Source: Candidatus Latescibacterota bacterium
Lineage (GTDB): Bacteria > Latescibacterota > UBA2968 > GCA-2709665
Assembly (NCBI GenBank): GCA_965205485.1
Contig: OZ242180.1
Location: 4,352,001-4,416,000 of the forward strand
Direction of reading: 5' to 3'
Length of the DNA: 64,000 nt
Positions 29,121 through 38,765 of the stretch are shown one piece after another. Position 1 is the stretch's first letter; every line of letters begins with the position of its first letter. Under the pieces are notes generated by a model. That model was not told where the DNA came from and ran no database searches. It saw only the letters and a program-made list of their open reading frames with translations. The position numbers and the translations under genes are program-made.

Positions 29121-31913
29121 TCATTGGCAGTATGTACACTTTCCTGACAGGCCTTGACCGACCAGGACACTACAGTTCTGCGCCAGGCTCGCACGTAATT
29201 TGCCTTTGGCTTCTTCGGTTTGTGCTCTCTTTAGCGCGCAGTGGTCGTTGAACGCGGCAAGGCAATAGAAGCGCGCATGGTCATTGGCCGCAAATCCGCT
29301 TCTGTATTTTTCCCCGCAGATACGCTCAAGGTTTTGTATCGCCTGCTGCATCTGATCCCGCGCGGGCTCGCCCTGGGATTGCGGTGACGTTGCGTCCAAG
29401 GCGGTTGGCGCATCCGAGGAGTGGTCACTCTCGGTCATCACGTTTATCCAGTCCGCCAGGGCCTGTTCCGTTATCTCAGAAGGCGAGTCCTTGCCCGCGT
29501 GCACAATTGCGGCGCCGCCCAACACGCCGACGGCCAGTTTTGTCCAATCGGTTCCTTTCTTTTCATCGGACGCCAACGCCGTCACCGGACGTTCCGCGCC
29601 GGCTGCGGCAAGTAATTCCGTGACTGGAAAATTGCGCTCTTCCTCAGCAATATCCATAGGCGTGCGAGAATCCTTGTCGCGCGGACTGTGGCCGGCACCT
29701 GCCTCCAACAGGACCCGAGTGATTTCCGGATTCTTGTTCAAGGCTGCGTAATGGATCGGCGTTCTTTTGTCTTTATCGCTTGGGTGGAGGTTGGCGCCGG
29801 CATTGAGAAGAAACCTGACTACGGCCGGATTCCTGGCGTGCCTGGCAGCGAGATGCAGTGGCCTTTCATGGTCGCCCAGACCCTTCCACTTACCTTCCAG
29901 GTCGGCGCCCGCATCGAGCAGAACTTTGAGAACGGCCGGACTATCCGTGTTTACTGCCGCCAGGTGCAAGGCAGTTCCGTGAATCGACCGCCGATTGGGA
30001 TCGGCGCCCGCATCGAGCAATACTTTCAGAACGGCGGGATTGTTATTGTTCCTCGCTGCATAGTGTAGCGGCGTCCACATGTAGGCGATACTGCTTAGGG
30101 ACAGTCGTCTGTGGTCGGTTGCATTTAAGTCAGCTCCGGCATCGAGCAAGACCCTGATAACGTCAGGATTCTCGTTGAACCCTGCCGCATAATGCAGGGG
30201 CATGAAGTTGTCTTTGGTGCGTTTCTTCAGCGATTTTTCGGGGTCGGATACGTTACTGAGCAGAACTTTCGCGATGGCAGGGTTCTTGTTGAATGCCGCG
30301 AAGTGGAGTGGCATCCATTTGTCTTTGTCCTTAGCCTGCAGGTCGGCGCCGGCCTTCAACAACATCGTGACGACGTCCGGATTCCCATTTTTTTCGGCGG
30401 CAATATGCAAGGGCCTTCGCTTTTTCTTGTCCTTTGACTTGATTTCAGCACCGGCTTTCAGCAGGACCTCTACCACGTCCGGATTCCGGTTGAGTCCGGC
30501 TGCGACATGCAACGGCGTCAGGCTATCGTTACCCCTCGCGTTGACGTCGGCGCCTGCCTTCAGTAGGACCTTCGCGACGGTCGCACTCTTGTTCAACGCC
30601 GCAAAGTGCATTGACGTCCATTCGTCTTTGTCCTTAGCTTGCAGGTCGGCGCCGGCCTTCAGCAGAACCGTGACGACGTCAGGATTCGCATTTGCTTTGG
30701 CGGCAAGGTGCAAGGGCTTTTGTCTAGCCTTGTCCATCGCGTTTGGTTCTGCCCCTCCCTCCAGCAAAACCTCCACGACCGCGGGGTTCCTATTCAATCC
30801 AGCAGCAAGATGCAATGACGTGAGATCAGCACTATTTCTCGCGTTGAGATCAGCTCCTGCCTTCAACAGGACTTCCACCACGGCCGGATTTTCGTTGTTT
30901 CCCGCCGCAAGATGCAACGGGGTCCAGTCGTCCTTATCCCTTTCGTCTGGTTCACCTCCAGCCTTCAGAAGCACCTCGACGACGCATGGATTGTTGGCGT
31001 GTCTTGACGCGCGGTGCAACGGCGAGCGTTTTTCACCGTCTGGTGCCGTGGGGTTGGCTCCAATGTCAATGCAAGTGGTCACCTCTTCAGGCGTTACGGT
31101 CCTGAAGTATTCATCTGTGTTCCAGGCCTTGCACCCGGCCGCCCTTGCAGTGTAGCCACTCGCCATGAGCAGGTATCCGACGACCTCCGCATTCGGGTTC
31201 GACCGGACAGCCTCAAACACCGGGGTCTCGTTATCTTTATCCCGAGCAATGGGGTCGGCGCCTGCTTCGACAAGGAACCTGACCACGCCGGTGTTGGTAT
31301 TCGCAGCAGCGGCTCTATGTAGCGGGGTTTCATCATTGGCGTCCAGCGCGTTGATATCGCCTCCTGCTGCGATAAGTGCCCGGATGACCCGCGGTTCCCC
31401 ATTGAAAGCTGCAGCACGATGCAAAACGGTCGCGTTATCTTCGCTACGCGCCGCCGGAGATTTCCCGAACTCGAGGCAAATGGTCACGTCTTCGAAAGAC
31501 ACCGCCTTGAAATATTCGTCCGTGTTCCACCCCTCGCACATCGTATTTGTCGCCTCATTCATTATTTCGAGTGCCTCAAAATAGTACCGCCCGTCCCGGC
31601 CCGCCTCAGTCACATACGCCGTTGCGGACGCAATCACTTTCACCGGTGAATCCCCGACCTTTGCAGACCAGAAATGGAACGAATGCGGCAATTCCACCTG
31701 GTGCTGCTCCCGCAGTCGGAGAACATCCTCCAACAATGCCCGGGCGCGGACCAGGTTCGAATCCCGTACGGCTTGTTCAACCTGTACCAGGCGAGAATCA
31801 ATACGGATTTCCGGCGGGAGCGCTCGCTGAGCCGTGTCAAAGCGCTGGGCGGATGCGGCGGCGAAGGAAACCAGCAGGATTGCAATGGCGAAGATTACGA
31901 TGATGTATCGCAT
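29121..31913 (-). CDS. Secreted ankyrin-repeat protein (LPPE module, ~17 ankyrin repeats, Gly-rich hydrophobic helix, 6-Cys C-terminal domain)
   Basis: Start MRYIIVIFAIAILLVSFAAASA at 31913 behind GGGAGA; TPLHxAAxxNxNPxVVxxLLxAGAD repeats. Confidence 0.92.
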   Translation of the reverse strand: MRYIIVIFAIAILLVSFAAASAQRFDTAQRALPPEIRIDSRLVQVEQAVRDSNLVRARALLEDVLRLREQHQVELPHSFHFWSAKVGDSPVKVIASATAYVTEAGRDGRYYFEALEIMNEATNTMCEGWNTDEYFKAVSFEDVTICLEFGKSPAARSEDNATVLHRAAAFNGEPRVIRALIAAGGDINALDANDETPLHRAAAANTNTGVVRFLVEAGADPIARDKDNETPVFEAVRSNPNAEVVGYLLMASGYTARAAGCKAWNTDEYFRTVTPEEVTTCIDIGANPTAPDGEKRSPLHRASRHANNPCVVEVLLKAGGEPDERDKDDWTPLHLAAGNNENPAVVEVLLKAGADLNARNSADLTSLHLAAGLNRNPAVVEVLLEGGAEPNAMDKARQKPLHLAAKANANPDVVTVLLKAGADLQAKDKDEWTSMHFAALNKSATVAKVLLKAGADVNARGNDSLTPLHVAAGLNRNPDVVEVLLKAGAEIKSKDKKKRRPLHIAAEKNGNPDVVTMLLKAGADLQAKDKDKWMPLHFAAFNKNPAIAKVLLSNVSDPEKSLKKRTKDNFMPLHYAAGFNENPDVIRVLLDAGADLNATDHRRLSLSSIAYMWTPLHYAARNNNNPAVLKVLLDAGADPNRRSIHGTALHLAAVNTDSPAVLKVLLDAGADLEGKWKGLGDHERPLHLAARHARNPAVVRFLLNAGANLHPSDKDKRTPIHYAALNKNPEITRVLLEAGAGHSPRDKDSRTPMDIAEEERNFPVTELLAAAGAERPVTALASDEKKGTDWTKLAVGVLGGAAIVHAGKDSPSEITEQALADWINVMTESDHSSDAPTALDATSPQSQGEPARDQMQQAIQNLERICGEKYRSGFAANDHARFYCLAAFNDHCALKRAQTEEAKGKLRASLAQNCSVLVGQGLSGKCTYCQ

Positions 31914-32094
31914 GGTTTGTCTCCCATAGTCGCACATTCCCATTTCTGTCCTCGAAAAAACGAGATGCGCACCATGCGCGAATTCCGGGGCCGGCGTAGT
32001 CCTTCTCGCCATCGGAGTAACATCAGTCAGGAATATTCGCTCGGTCTACCGGAATCACATGTGGCCTTAATGGACTTGAATGTTCCGGCTCGCC

Positions 32095-32577
32095 TTATTC
32101 ACTAATGTACCAAACACGGCGAATGACGTGGACGAATGTGCCGATTGCAATTAGAATTGATCCAACCTTGGTCACCTGAGTCTTCAAGGACGAAGAAACA
32201 ACCCAAATTGGACAAAATACCTCACCCAGCAAAAACGAAAGGTTAATGATCAAGCCGAACAAAATAAGCGATAAACCGAAACCGTCGAGCTTCCCACTAC
32301 GGGTCTTGAAGAGTCGGTCAAATCTGAATTGGGTTTTGCTTATCGGTTCGATCTTGACGGGTTTACAATCACATCGCTTCAAATTAAACGTCCCTGGTTG
32401 GACCCAAACCTGTTTTCCTGAAGCTCCTTCTCGTCTAATTACCTTAAAAGAAAGGCTGGTGTGACCAACGGTTAGGCGTACGTATTCTTCGTCAGGGTTC
32501 TGTTGATACCAATCACGGGCTATGGCTGCTGCCTTCGAAGCCCGTACACTCTCGTTGACCTTGATAGTAAAACACAT
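32095..32577 (-). CDS. Hypothetical protein with a small beta-rich N-domain and two C-terminal TM helices
   Basis: ORF directly coupled to the upstream gene; hydrophobic FGLSLILFGLIINLSFLL and VGSILIAIGTFVHVI; AT-richer codon use. Confidence 0.65.
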   Translation of the reverse strand: MCFTIKVNESVRASKAAAIARDWYQQNPDEEYVRLTVGHTSLSFKVIRREGASGKQVWVQPGTFNLKRCDCKPVKIEPISKTQFRFDRLFKTRSGKLDGFGLSLILFGLIINLSFLLGEVFCPIWVVSSSLKTQVTKVGSILIAIGTFVHVIRRVWYISE

Positions 32578-32579
32578 AC

Positions 32580-33101
32580 CTACTCCACACGCCACATAAG
32601 AATCAATTCCCGTAGCGTCTTTATAAGCTGATTGACAGGGATGTCAAGTCGGTTCACTATGTGAATAGCAGCAGCGAGGAGTTTCCTACCGTCTTCGGAA
32701 AGGCCATGCCAGAACTCACACGTTCGCGGGTCGGTGAAGCGATCCGAAGCAACTTCGTAAACAGATTCCCAGCCCGCCATTAGATTAACGTAAGAAGGTC
32801 GCAGTTCAAGAAACACGTCAACTGATCCGAACCGGCTCCCTTGATCAATCAGAGTACTGGGGATATGCGACGCTAGGGGCAATTCTCTTATCTCAATGCC
32901 ACTACTCGCGATACCAGCTCCGGTTAGGTGCGCGGTGTCACAACTTACGCAGATCCAACGCGGATAACTCGAGTCAAAATGTGCATGACCAGAACAAGCA
33001 AAAATGGAACAGTTTTGGCAAGCACCCAAAGGGTCTCGAGCACTTACTCCTGCAATTGCATTGCACACACCATTTGCGCACAAGTAACAGGATGCCGCCA
33101 T
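32580..33101 (-). CDS. Hypothetical protein with N-terminal Cys/His cluster (possible Zn-binding)
   Basis: CYLC, CQNC, CSGH, CVSC pairs in the first ~55 aa. Confidence 0.7.
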   Translation of the reverse strand: MAASCYLCANGVCNAIAGVSARDPLGACQNCSIFACSGHAHFDSSYPRWICVSCDTAHLTGAGIASSGIEIRELPLASHIPSTLIDQGSRFGSVDVFLELRPSYVNLMAGWESVYEVASDRFTDPRTCEFWHGLSEDGRKLLAAAIHIVNRLDIPVNQLIKTLRELILMWRVE

Positions 33102-33166
33102 AACGTGACCTGCCTTTCTTTGAGGGTCTGGATCTAATCTTTCCGTTTTCCATGTTTGTTATGGTG

Positions 33167-33403
33167 CAGAAATGTGCCTCCTTCGAGATTAACGTTACCA
33201 GCACAGTCTCGGCCAGCCCATTTGCCAACTCTCTCTTGGGTCCGCATACGTGCGTTCCTGTTTGACAATTCGGTCCGAGTGCCACCAGACCCCACTTACC
33301 GACCTTTCTTCCGTCGACGTACGGGCTTCGCAATTACAGTCCCCATTGAGCCACGGAAGACCCACCGGCCGTCCCCACCGCCGTTGACATAAGTACCTTC
33401 ATA
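33167..33403 (-). pseudogene. Decayed MORN-like repeat relic
   Basis: Across frameshifts it reads YEGTYVNGGGDGRWVFRG / SPYVDGRKVGKW / VGKWAGRD..NLEGG, like the repeats in 33533-34810. Confidence 0.6.
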
Positions 33404-33532
33404 TTATCAGTCCATCCATCCAATATGGTACCGATCGTCTAATTTCGATATCTTCCGATCACCGTGTCGCTCTCGGTTCACTGACGGTTAGCGTCTGTGG
33501 CTTTCGCTAAGACATCGACGCCTCAGTTTGCC

Positions 33533-34810
33533 TCACCAATCCATCTGGCGACATGTCTTTATCTTCTTCTTCTCGCTTTCTATCCGTTTCCCTCGATCGA
33601 ATCTCTCGATGTAGCAAGCCCCTTCGCGAGGATTTGCCGAAAATAGATTAAAGATCCATCTGCCATGCTTTTTTCCATCAACATAGTCGCCTTTGTATCT
33701 TCCTCTCCATTTTGTGCTCTCATGATCACCGCAATGGAATAATCGAAATGTCCAGGAGCCCTGCCTTTGACCGTTTTCGTCGTAATGACCGGACCCTATC
33801 CAACTCCCTAACTCGACTCCACCATCGTCCGAATTGTCATTATGCCAATATCCCTGCTTCTTTCCTCCCACATATGTTCCACGGAAAGAGACCGGCGATG
33901 AACCCTGTGACTGCGAACACAGTTCATACTCTCCATGAAACTCGCCGTCCTTCGTGCCATCCTTGTACGACTCGTGCAATTCGGCGCCGGACCAGTCGCG
34001 GTACACCCACGGTCCGTGCTTTTTGCCCTTCACGTAGATTCCTTCATTTTGCCTCCCGTCCCTGTCGTTATATTTCCAATTCCCATGCTTCTGGTCGTCC
34101 ATATAGGCACCTTCGGAAACCTCGCCGTACGAGGAACGCAAGATCCACTTTCCCTGCCGTTTTCCATCCACATAGGGACCCTCGGATGTGCCGCCGTCAC
34201 CACGCACGACCCACCGGCCCTGCTTCTCGCCTCTTTCAAGGTGACCCGTTTCCGTATGCTCTTCGCGGCCTCTCACCCAGATCAGCGTCCCCTCCCCATT
34301 GGCTTTGCTGCCCGAACACTTCCCGGACCAGGTGACGGTCTGGTCCTCGTAGTAGTAGTTGTCCCAGACATAGCATTGCGGATGGTTGTCCAATTCCTTC
34401 CAGCACACGGCGCCTTCCGGCTTCCCAACGCAACTTTCCTCGGTGTTGATCTGCGATTCTTCAGCCGCGACCAATACCGCCAGTGCCTCTCTGTAAAACG
34501 CACCTTCTTTCCCCGTCGCCGCCAGGTACCGAGTCACCGACTCCAGCGCGATGTGCATCGAATCCGCCGACAGGGCCACCTGTGCATACTGGAAATGAAA
34601 GTCGTCCGACACCGTGAGATTGTGCTCGTTCTGCAACGCGACAATCTTCTCCATCACGTCGAAGGCGGCCGCGTAGTCCTTCGCGGCGTGAAGTTGGTCC
34701 GCGTGAATCAGATATTTGTCCACCAGTATCTCAGGCGGTAGTTCGGCCGATGCGACGGTGAAGAATCCGAAAAGGATGACAATGCAATTGCCTCGGATCA
34801 ATGACTGCAC
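33533..34810 (-). CDS. Secreted protein: LPPE module + Cys linker + extended MORN-like repeats (paralog of 23403-24272)
   Basis: GTG start behind GAGGAG; ELPPEILVDKYLI..; CWKELDNHPQCYVW; many EGxYVDGKxxGxW repeats. Confidence 0.88.
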   Translation of the reverse strand: MQSLIRGNCIVILFGFFTVASAELPPEILVDKYLIHADQLHAAKDYAAAFDVMEKIVALQNEHNLTVSDDFHFQYAQVALSADSMHIALESVTRYLAATGKEGAFYREALAVLVAAEESQINTEESCVGKPEGAVCWKELDNHPQCYVWDNYYYEDQTVTWSGKCSGSKANGEGTLIWVRGREEHTETGHLERGEKQGRWVVRGDGGTSEGPYVDGKRQGKWILRSSYGEVSEGAYMDDQKHGNWKYNDRDGRQNEGIYVKGKKHGPWVYRDWSGAELHESYKDGTKDGEFHGEYELCSQSQGSSPVSFRGTYVGGKKQGYWHNDNSDDGGVELGSWIGSGHYDENGQRQGSWTFRLFHCGDHESTKWRGRYKGDYVDGKKHGRWIFNLFSANPREGACYIERFDRGKRIESEKKKIKTCRQMDW

Positions 34811-35330
34811 GGTATATCTCCTCGTGTCTCCATCGCCAGCCTTGATTCGGCTAAGGGTGCGGCAAGGTATTCAGCATCCCATCGTGGTAAACGCGGCATG
34901 AAAGGGGCACGGCAAATGTGTTGCAAATTGCAACCTGAGTGTCGCATTTTGCGACAGTTGTGCCAGTATGTGCCCCATTCCCGAGAACGCACGGCCTGAT
35001 CGCTTCTCAATTCAGGGCCGCGAACGACGGGCGACCCAGATGCTACGGAGGAGGCCAAATGTCACCGCTGCCGGCAGTCACTCGACCAATGTTCTTCCAG
35101 AGAGTCTGCAGTTTTCCAAAGAATCCACTGGATTATTCAAACATCCTGTCTTATATTGCGCATAATATAACGAAATAGTTATAACAAATCTGTGAGATTG
35201 GGTCTTTTTTTTATGCTATTATCGTGATATTTCAATATTTCGACAGATTTGATCGGGTCGTATTCGCGTTACCGGCTCCGGCTGGACAAACCGGCCAAGG
35301 GACGGAGCGGGAAACCAGTGAGGTTTGTAC

Positions 35331-37735
35331 GTGACGAAATCCGACGAGCGCAATCCGGAAGCAGCCGCCCTGCGTGACCGCCTGACCAAGCTGAGCGAGG
35401 CCAGCCTTCGCATCAACGAAAGTCTCGAGTTCGACGCTGTACTGAAGGAAGCCGTGGACAGCGCCAGATCGCTGACCGGCGCCAGGTTTGGCATGACGAC
35501 ACTGCTGGACGATGAGGGACGGGTACAGGACTGCATTACCTCGGGGTTTACGCCCTTTCAGTCCAAGCGAATGTGGTTCCACCCGGACAGGGACAGACTC
35601 TTCGAGTACTTCTCCGGCATAACGGAGCCGCTCCGGCTGCAGGACGTACAAAGCCACCTCAGGTCCGAGGGCCTGCCTGAGTTACGGCCCCAGGTTCCAT
35701 TGAGTCGCTCTCCCGCGCTATTGGCAGCGCCGATCCGCTACCGCGGCCAGAGCGTGGGGACGTTCTATCTTTGCGAGAAGGACGGTGGAGAAGCGTTCAC
35801 GGCCGAAGACGAAGAAACCCTGGTGATGTTTGCCTCGCAGGCGGCGCTGGTCATCGCCAACGCCCGCCGGCACCGTGACGAGCAGAAGGCAAGGCTCGAT
35901 CTGGAGACCCTGATTGACACCTCTCCCGTCGGGGTCGTCGTCTTCGACGCGAAGTCCGGTGCGCCGCTGACGTTCAACCGCGAGGCGAGACGGATCGTGG
36001 GTGCCCTGCTCACACCTGGCCGTCCGGATGAGCAACTTCTTGAGGTAATGACGTTCCGACGCGCCGACGGCCGGGAGGTCTCCCTTCAAGAGACCCAACT
36101 GACCCGGTTACTGTGTTCTGGAGAAACGGTGCGCGCGGAGGAGATCGTGCTCCTTGTACCCGACGGCACGTCCGTGACGACGCTGGTCAATGCCACGCCC
36201 ATCCATTCCAGCGATGGTGATATCGAGTCTGTCGTCGTCACGATTCAGGACATGGCACCCTGGAGGACCTGGAGCGCCTGCGTGCAGAGTTCCTGGGGAT
36301 GGTCAGCCACGAACTCCGGATCCCGCTGACGTCCATCAAGGGCTCTACCACGGCCCTGCTGGACGATTCGTCGATCCTCGACCCCGCCGAAATGCGGCAG
36401 TTCCACCGGATCATCGACCACCAGGCCGACCACATGCGGGACATGATCAGCGACCTGCTCGACGTGGCGCAGATCGAGACCGGGTCGCTCTCGGTCGTTC
36501 CCGACCCAACGGACCTTGCCGCCATCGTCGAACAGGCCAGGAGCACGTTCCTGAGCGGCGGGGGCAGCGATAATATCGAGTTCGACCTTCCGCCGGACCT
36601 GCCATGGGTCATGGTCGACCGGCGCCGGGTCGTGCAGGTATTGAACAACCTCCTTATAAACGCGGCACGATACTCCGAAGCGTCTACTGCCATCCGCCTC
36701 ACCGCTGTTCCGGAGGACTTTCACGTGGAGATTTCCGTGGCCGATGAAGGCTCGGGCGTCACCGCGGATCTTTTGCCCCACCTGTTCAGGAAGTTCTCCC
36801 GGACCGACGGCGAGCGCAGGAACCACGATACCGGCCTGGGCCTGGCGATATGCAAGGGCATCGTCGAGGCCCATGGCGGCCGGATATGGGCCGAGAGCGA
36901 CGGGCCGGGCCGGGGCACGAAGGTCAGCTTCACCGTGCCGGTGGCGGAGGAAGTTCCGGCATCGCCGGCCCTTACGGGCGGTGGCAAACCTGAGCATTCG
37001 GTCGATATTGAAGCGGAAAGGAAGAGGATTCTGGCGGTGGACGACGACCCGCAGACGCTCAAATTCGTTCGCGAGATCCTTACGAAAGCGGGCTATACGC
37101 CCATCGTAACCGCCGACCCGGGAGAGATCGCGGATCTCATCGGGTTGCACGAACCCAGCCTGGTGCTGCTCGACCTGATCCTCCCGGACACCGACGGCTT
37201 TGAACTGATGGGTGAGGTCGTCAAGGTCGACAAAGTGCCGGTGATCGTCCTGTCGGGATACGGTCGGGAAGACAATATCGCCCGCGCATTCGAATCCGGT
37301 GCGTCCGACTATATCGTAAAGCCCTTTTCCCCGACGGAACTCGTTGCAAGAATCAACGCCGCGCTGAAAAAGGAGGCCGGTCCGGTCCAGGCGGAGCCCG
37401 ATATTCCCTACGTGTACAGAGAATTGACATTGGACTATCAGGAACGGCGCGTGACGTTGGGCGGTCGAGAGGTGCAGTTGACCAGGAACGAATATCGGAT
37501 GTTACATGAACTCAGCGCCAGCCCCGGTCGGGTGGTGACGCATGAGGCGCTGCTGCGCCGAATCTGGGGCGCGCGCCGCGGGCGCGATCTGCGACACGTC
37601 CGCTCCCTCGTCAGGAGACTGCGCGGCAAGCTGGGGGACAACGGCGACGACCCGAAGTACATTTTCACCGAGCACGGGGTCGGCTACCGCGTCGGCAATC
37701 CGGAAGGTCGGGAAACAGCGTCGAAAAAAGCGTAA
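35331..37735 (+). pseudogene. Soluble hybrid GAF-PAS-histidine kinase-REC-OmpR winged-helix regulator with a 1-bp frameshift
   Basis: Colinear with 55250-57658; CCC at 36258-36260 versus CCCC at 56174-56177 in the paralog; SHELRIPLT, GLGLAIC, LLDLILP, KPF, TEHGVGYR. Confidence 0.88.
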
Positions 37736-37741
37736 GCAGGG

Positions 37742-37768
37742 AGGGGCGCCCACAAGGGACGCCCCTAC
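37742..37768. repeat. GTAG-type REP-like palindrome; diverged copy at ~57667-57691
   Basis: AGGGGCGCCCACAAGGGACGCCCCTAC after the stop of the first hybrid kinase; GGGCGTCCACAAGGGACGCCCC after the second. Confidence 0.7.
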
Positions 37769-37875
37769 GCCGCCAACCTGGGCGCGGGTTTCCCTACGGC
37801 GAATTGGCAATTCGCGGCACGACAGGTGTGACAATGAGGGATGTTGAGGCGAATAATCCATTCGACACAAAAGAA

Positions 37876-37903
37876 GCCCTGCCGGCGTCGATGTCGGCAG
37901 GGC
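37876..37903. terminator. Stem-loop between convergent genes, probable terminator
   Basis: GCCCTGCCGGC / GTCGGCAGGGC preceded by an A-rich run (U-tail on the minus strand). Confidence 0.6.
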
Positions 37904-37930
37904 ATTGTCATTTGGTCGTATGGTACGACT

Positions 37931-38689
37931 TCAGTGTCCGGAGACAATTTGAACAATCGAGGCGAGGCTGGTTCCTGAGAAGGGATTGGCCCCGGTCCCG
38001 GAGTCCACGACATCGGGCGGAAGCAGATCTTCCAATCCTTTCACCTCCGCCACCAGCGGTCCGGAGCCCCGACCCCAGGTAAAGGTCACCGGCAGGATCT
38101 CCTCGCCCGTAATCTTCACACCGAGCGTGTGAGCCCCTGCATCTTCCGCGAGTCCCGCCGCGTTGCCGCCCGCGCGTCCCGACGCGCCGTCCAGCAGCAT
38201 CAGCTTCCGCGCATCGTGCCAGTTTCCCGTGCTGAGCCGGTAGATGTAGACCCCCGCGCTCACGCCCCTGCCGAGCCTGTCGGCGCCGTCCCACTGCACC
38301 CTGTGGAATCCGGCCGGGCGTTCTTCGTCGATCAGCGTGATCACGCGCTGTCCCAGAATGTTATAAACGTCCAGACGCACGTGCCCCCGCTTCTCGATCT
38401 CAAAGGGTATCAGGGTGGAGGGATTAAACGGATTGGGATGATTCTGCAGCAGCGCATTCGGTCTCGGCGGAGCCAGGTCTCGCAGCGGCAGCGAGAAACC
38501 GCCGCTTTCGTCCGTCAGCGCGGTCAACCGCTGGCGCGGATCATCGAGCCTGTAAACCTCCACCTGCACCCTCTTGACCGGATGGGACCGCGGATTGATG
38601 ACCTGCCCTTCAATACGATCCTCTTCCGCCGCAACAGCGGTTGCCAGGACGATCATCGCGAAAGTCGAATGAAACAGTGCGTATTTCAT
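37931..38689 (-). CDS. Secreted protein with carboxypeptidase-regulatory-like domain and FlgD-Ig / T9SS-type-A-like domain
   Basis: Start MKYALF at 38689 behind GGAGG; QNHPNPFNPSTLIPF...VYNILGQRV...WDGAD..G..VSAGVYIYRL. Confidence 0.82.
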   Translation of the reverse strand: MKYALFHSTFAMIVLATAVAAEEDRIEGQVINPRSHPVKRVQVEVYRLDDPRQRLTALTDESGGFSLPLRDLAPPRPNALLQNHPNPFNPSTLIPFEIEKRGHVRLDVYNILGQRVITLIDEERPAGFHRVQWDGADRLGRGVSAGVYIYRLSTGNWHDARKLMLLDGASGRAGGNAAGLAEDAGAHTLGVKITGEEILPVTFTWGRGSGPLVAEVKGLEDLLPPDVVDSGTGANPFSGTSLASIVQIVSGH

Positions 38690-38765
38690 TGCTTTTCCTC
38701 CTATCCCCGATTCTGTCTGTCCAACGGCGTGTTTCAAGCCCGTCCGGGTTACCAATTCAGCCGCG

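Noticed and set aside
23761..34440. Diversity-generating retroelement TR/VR pair between the two MORN genes or among the Cys-domain copies
   Set aside because: Differences are mostly synonymous and not adenine-specific, and no reverse transcriptase is in the window.
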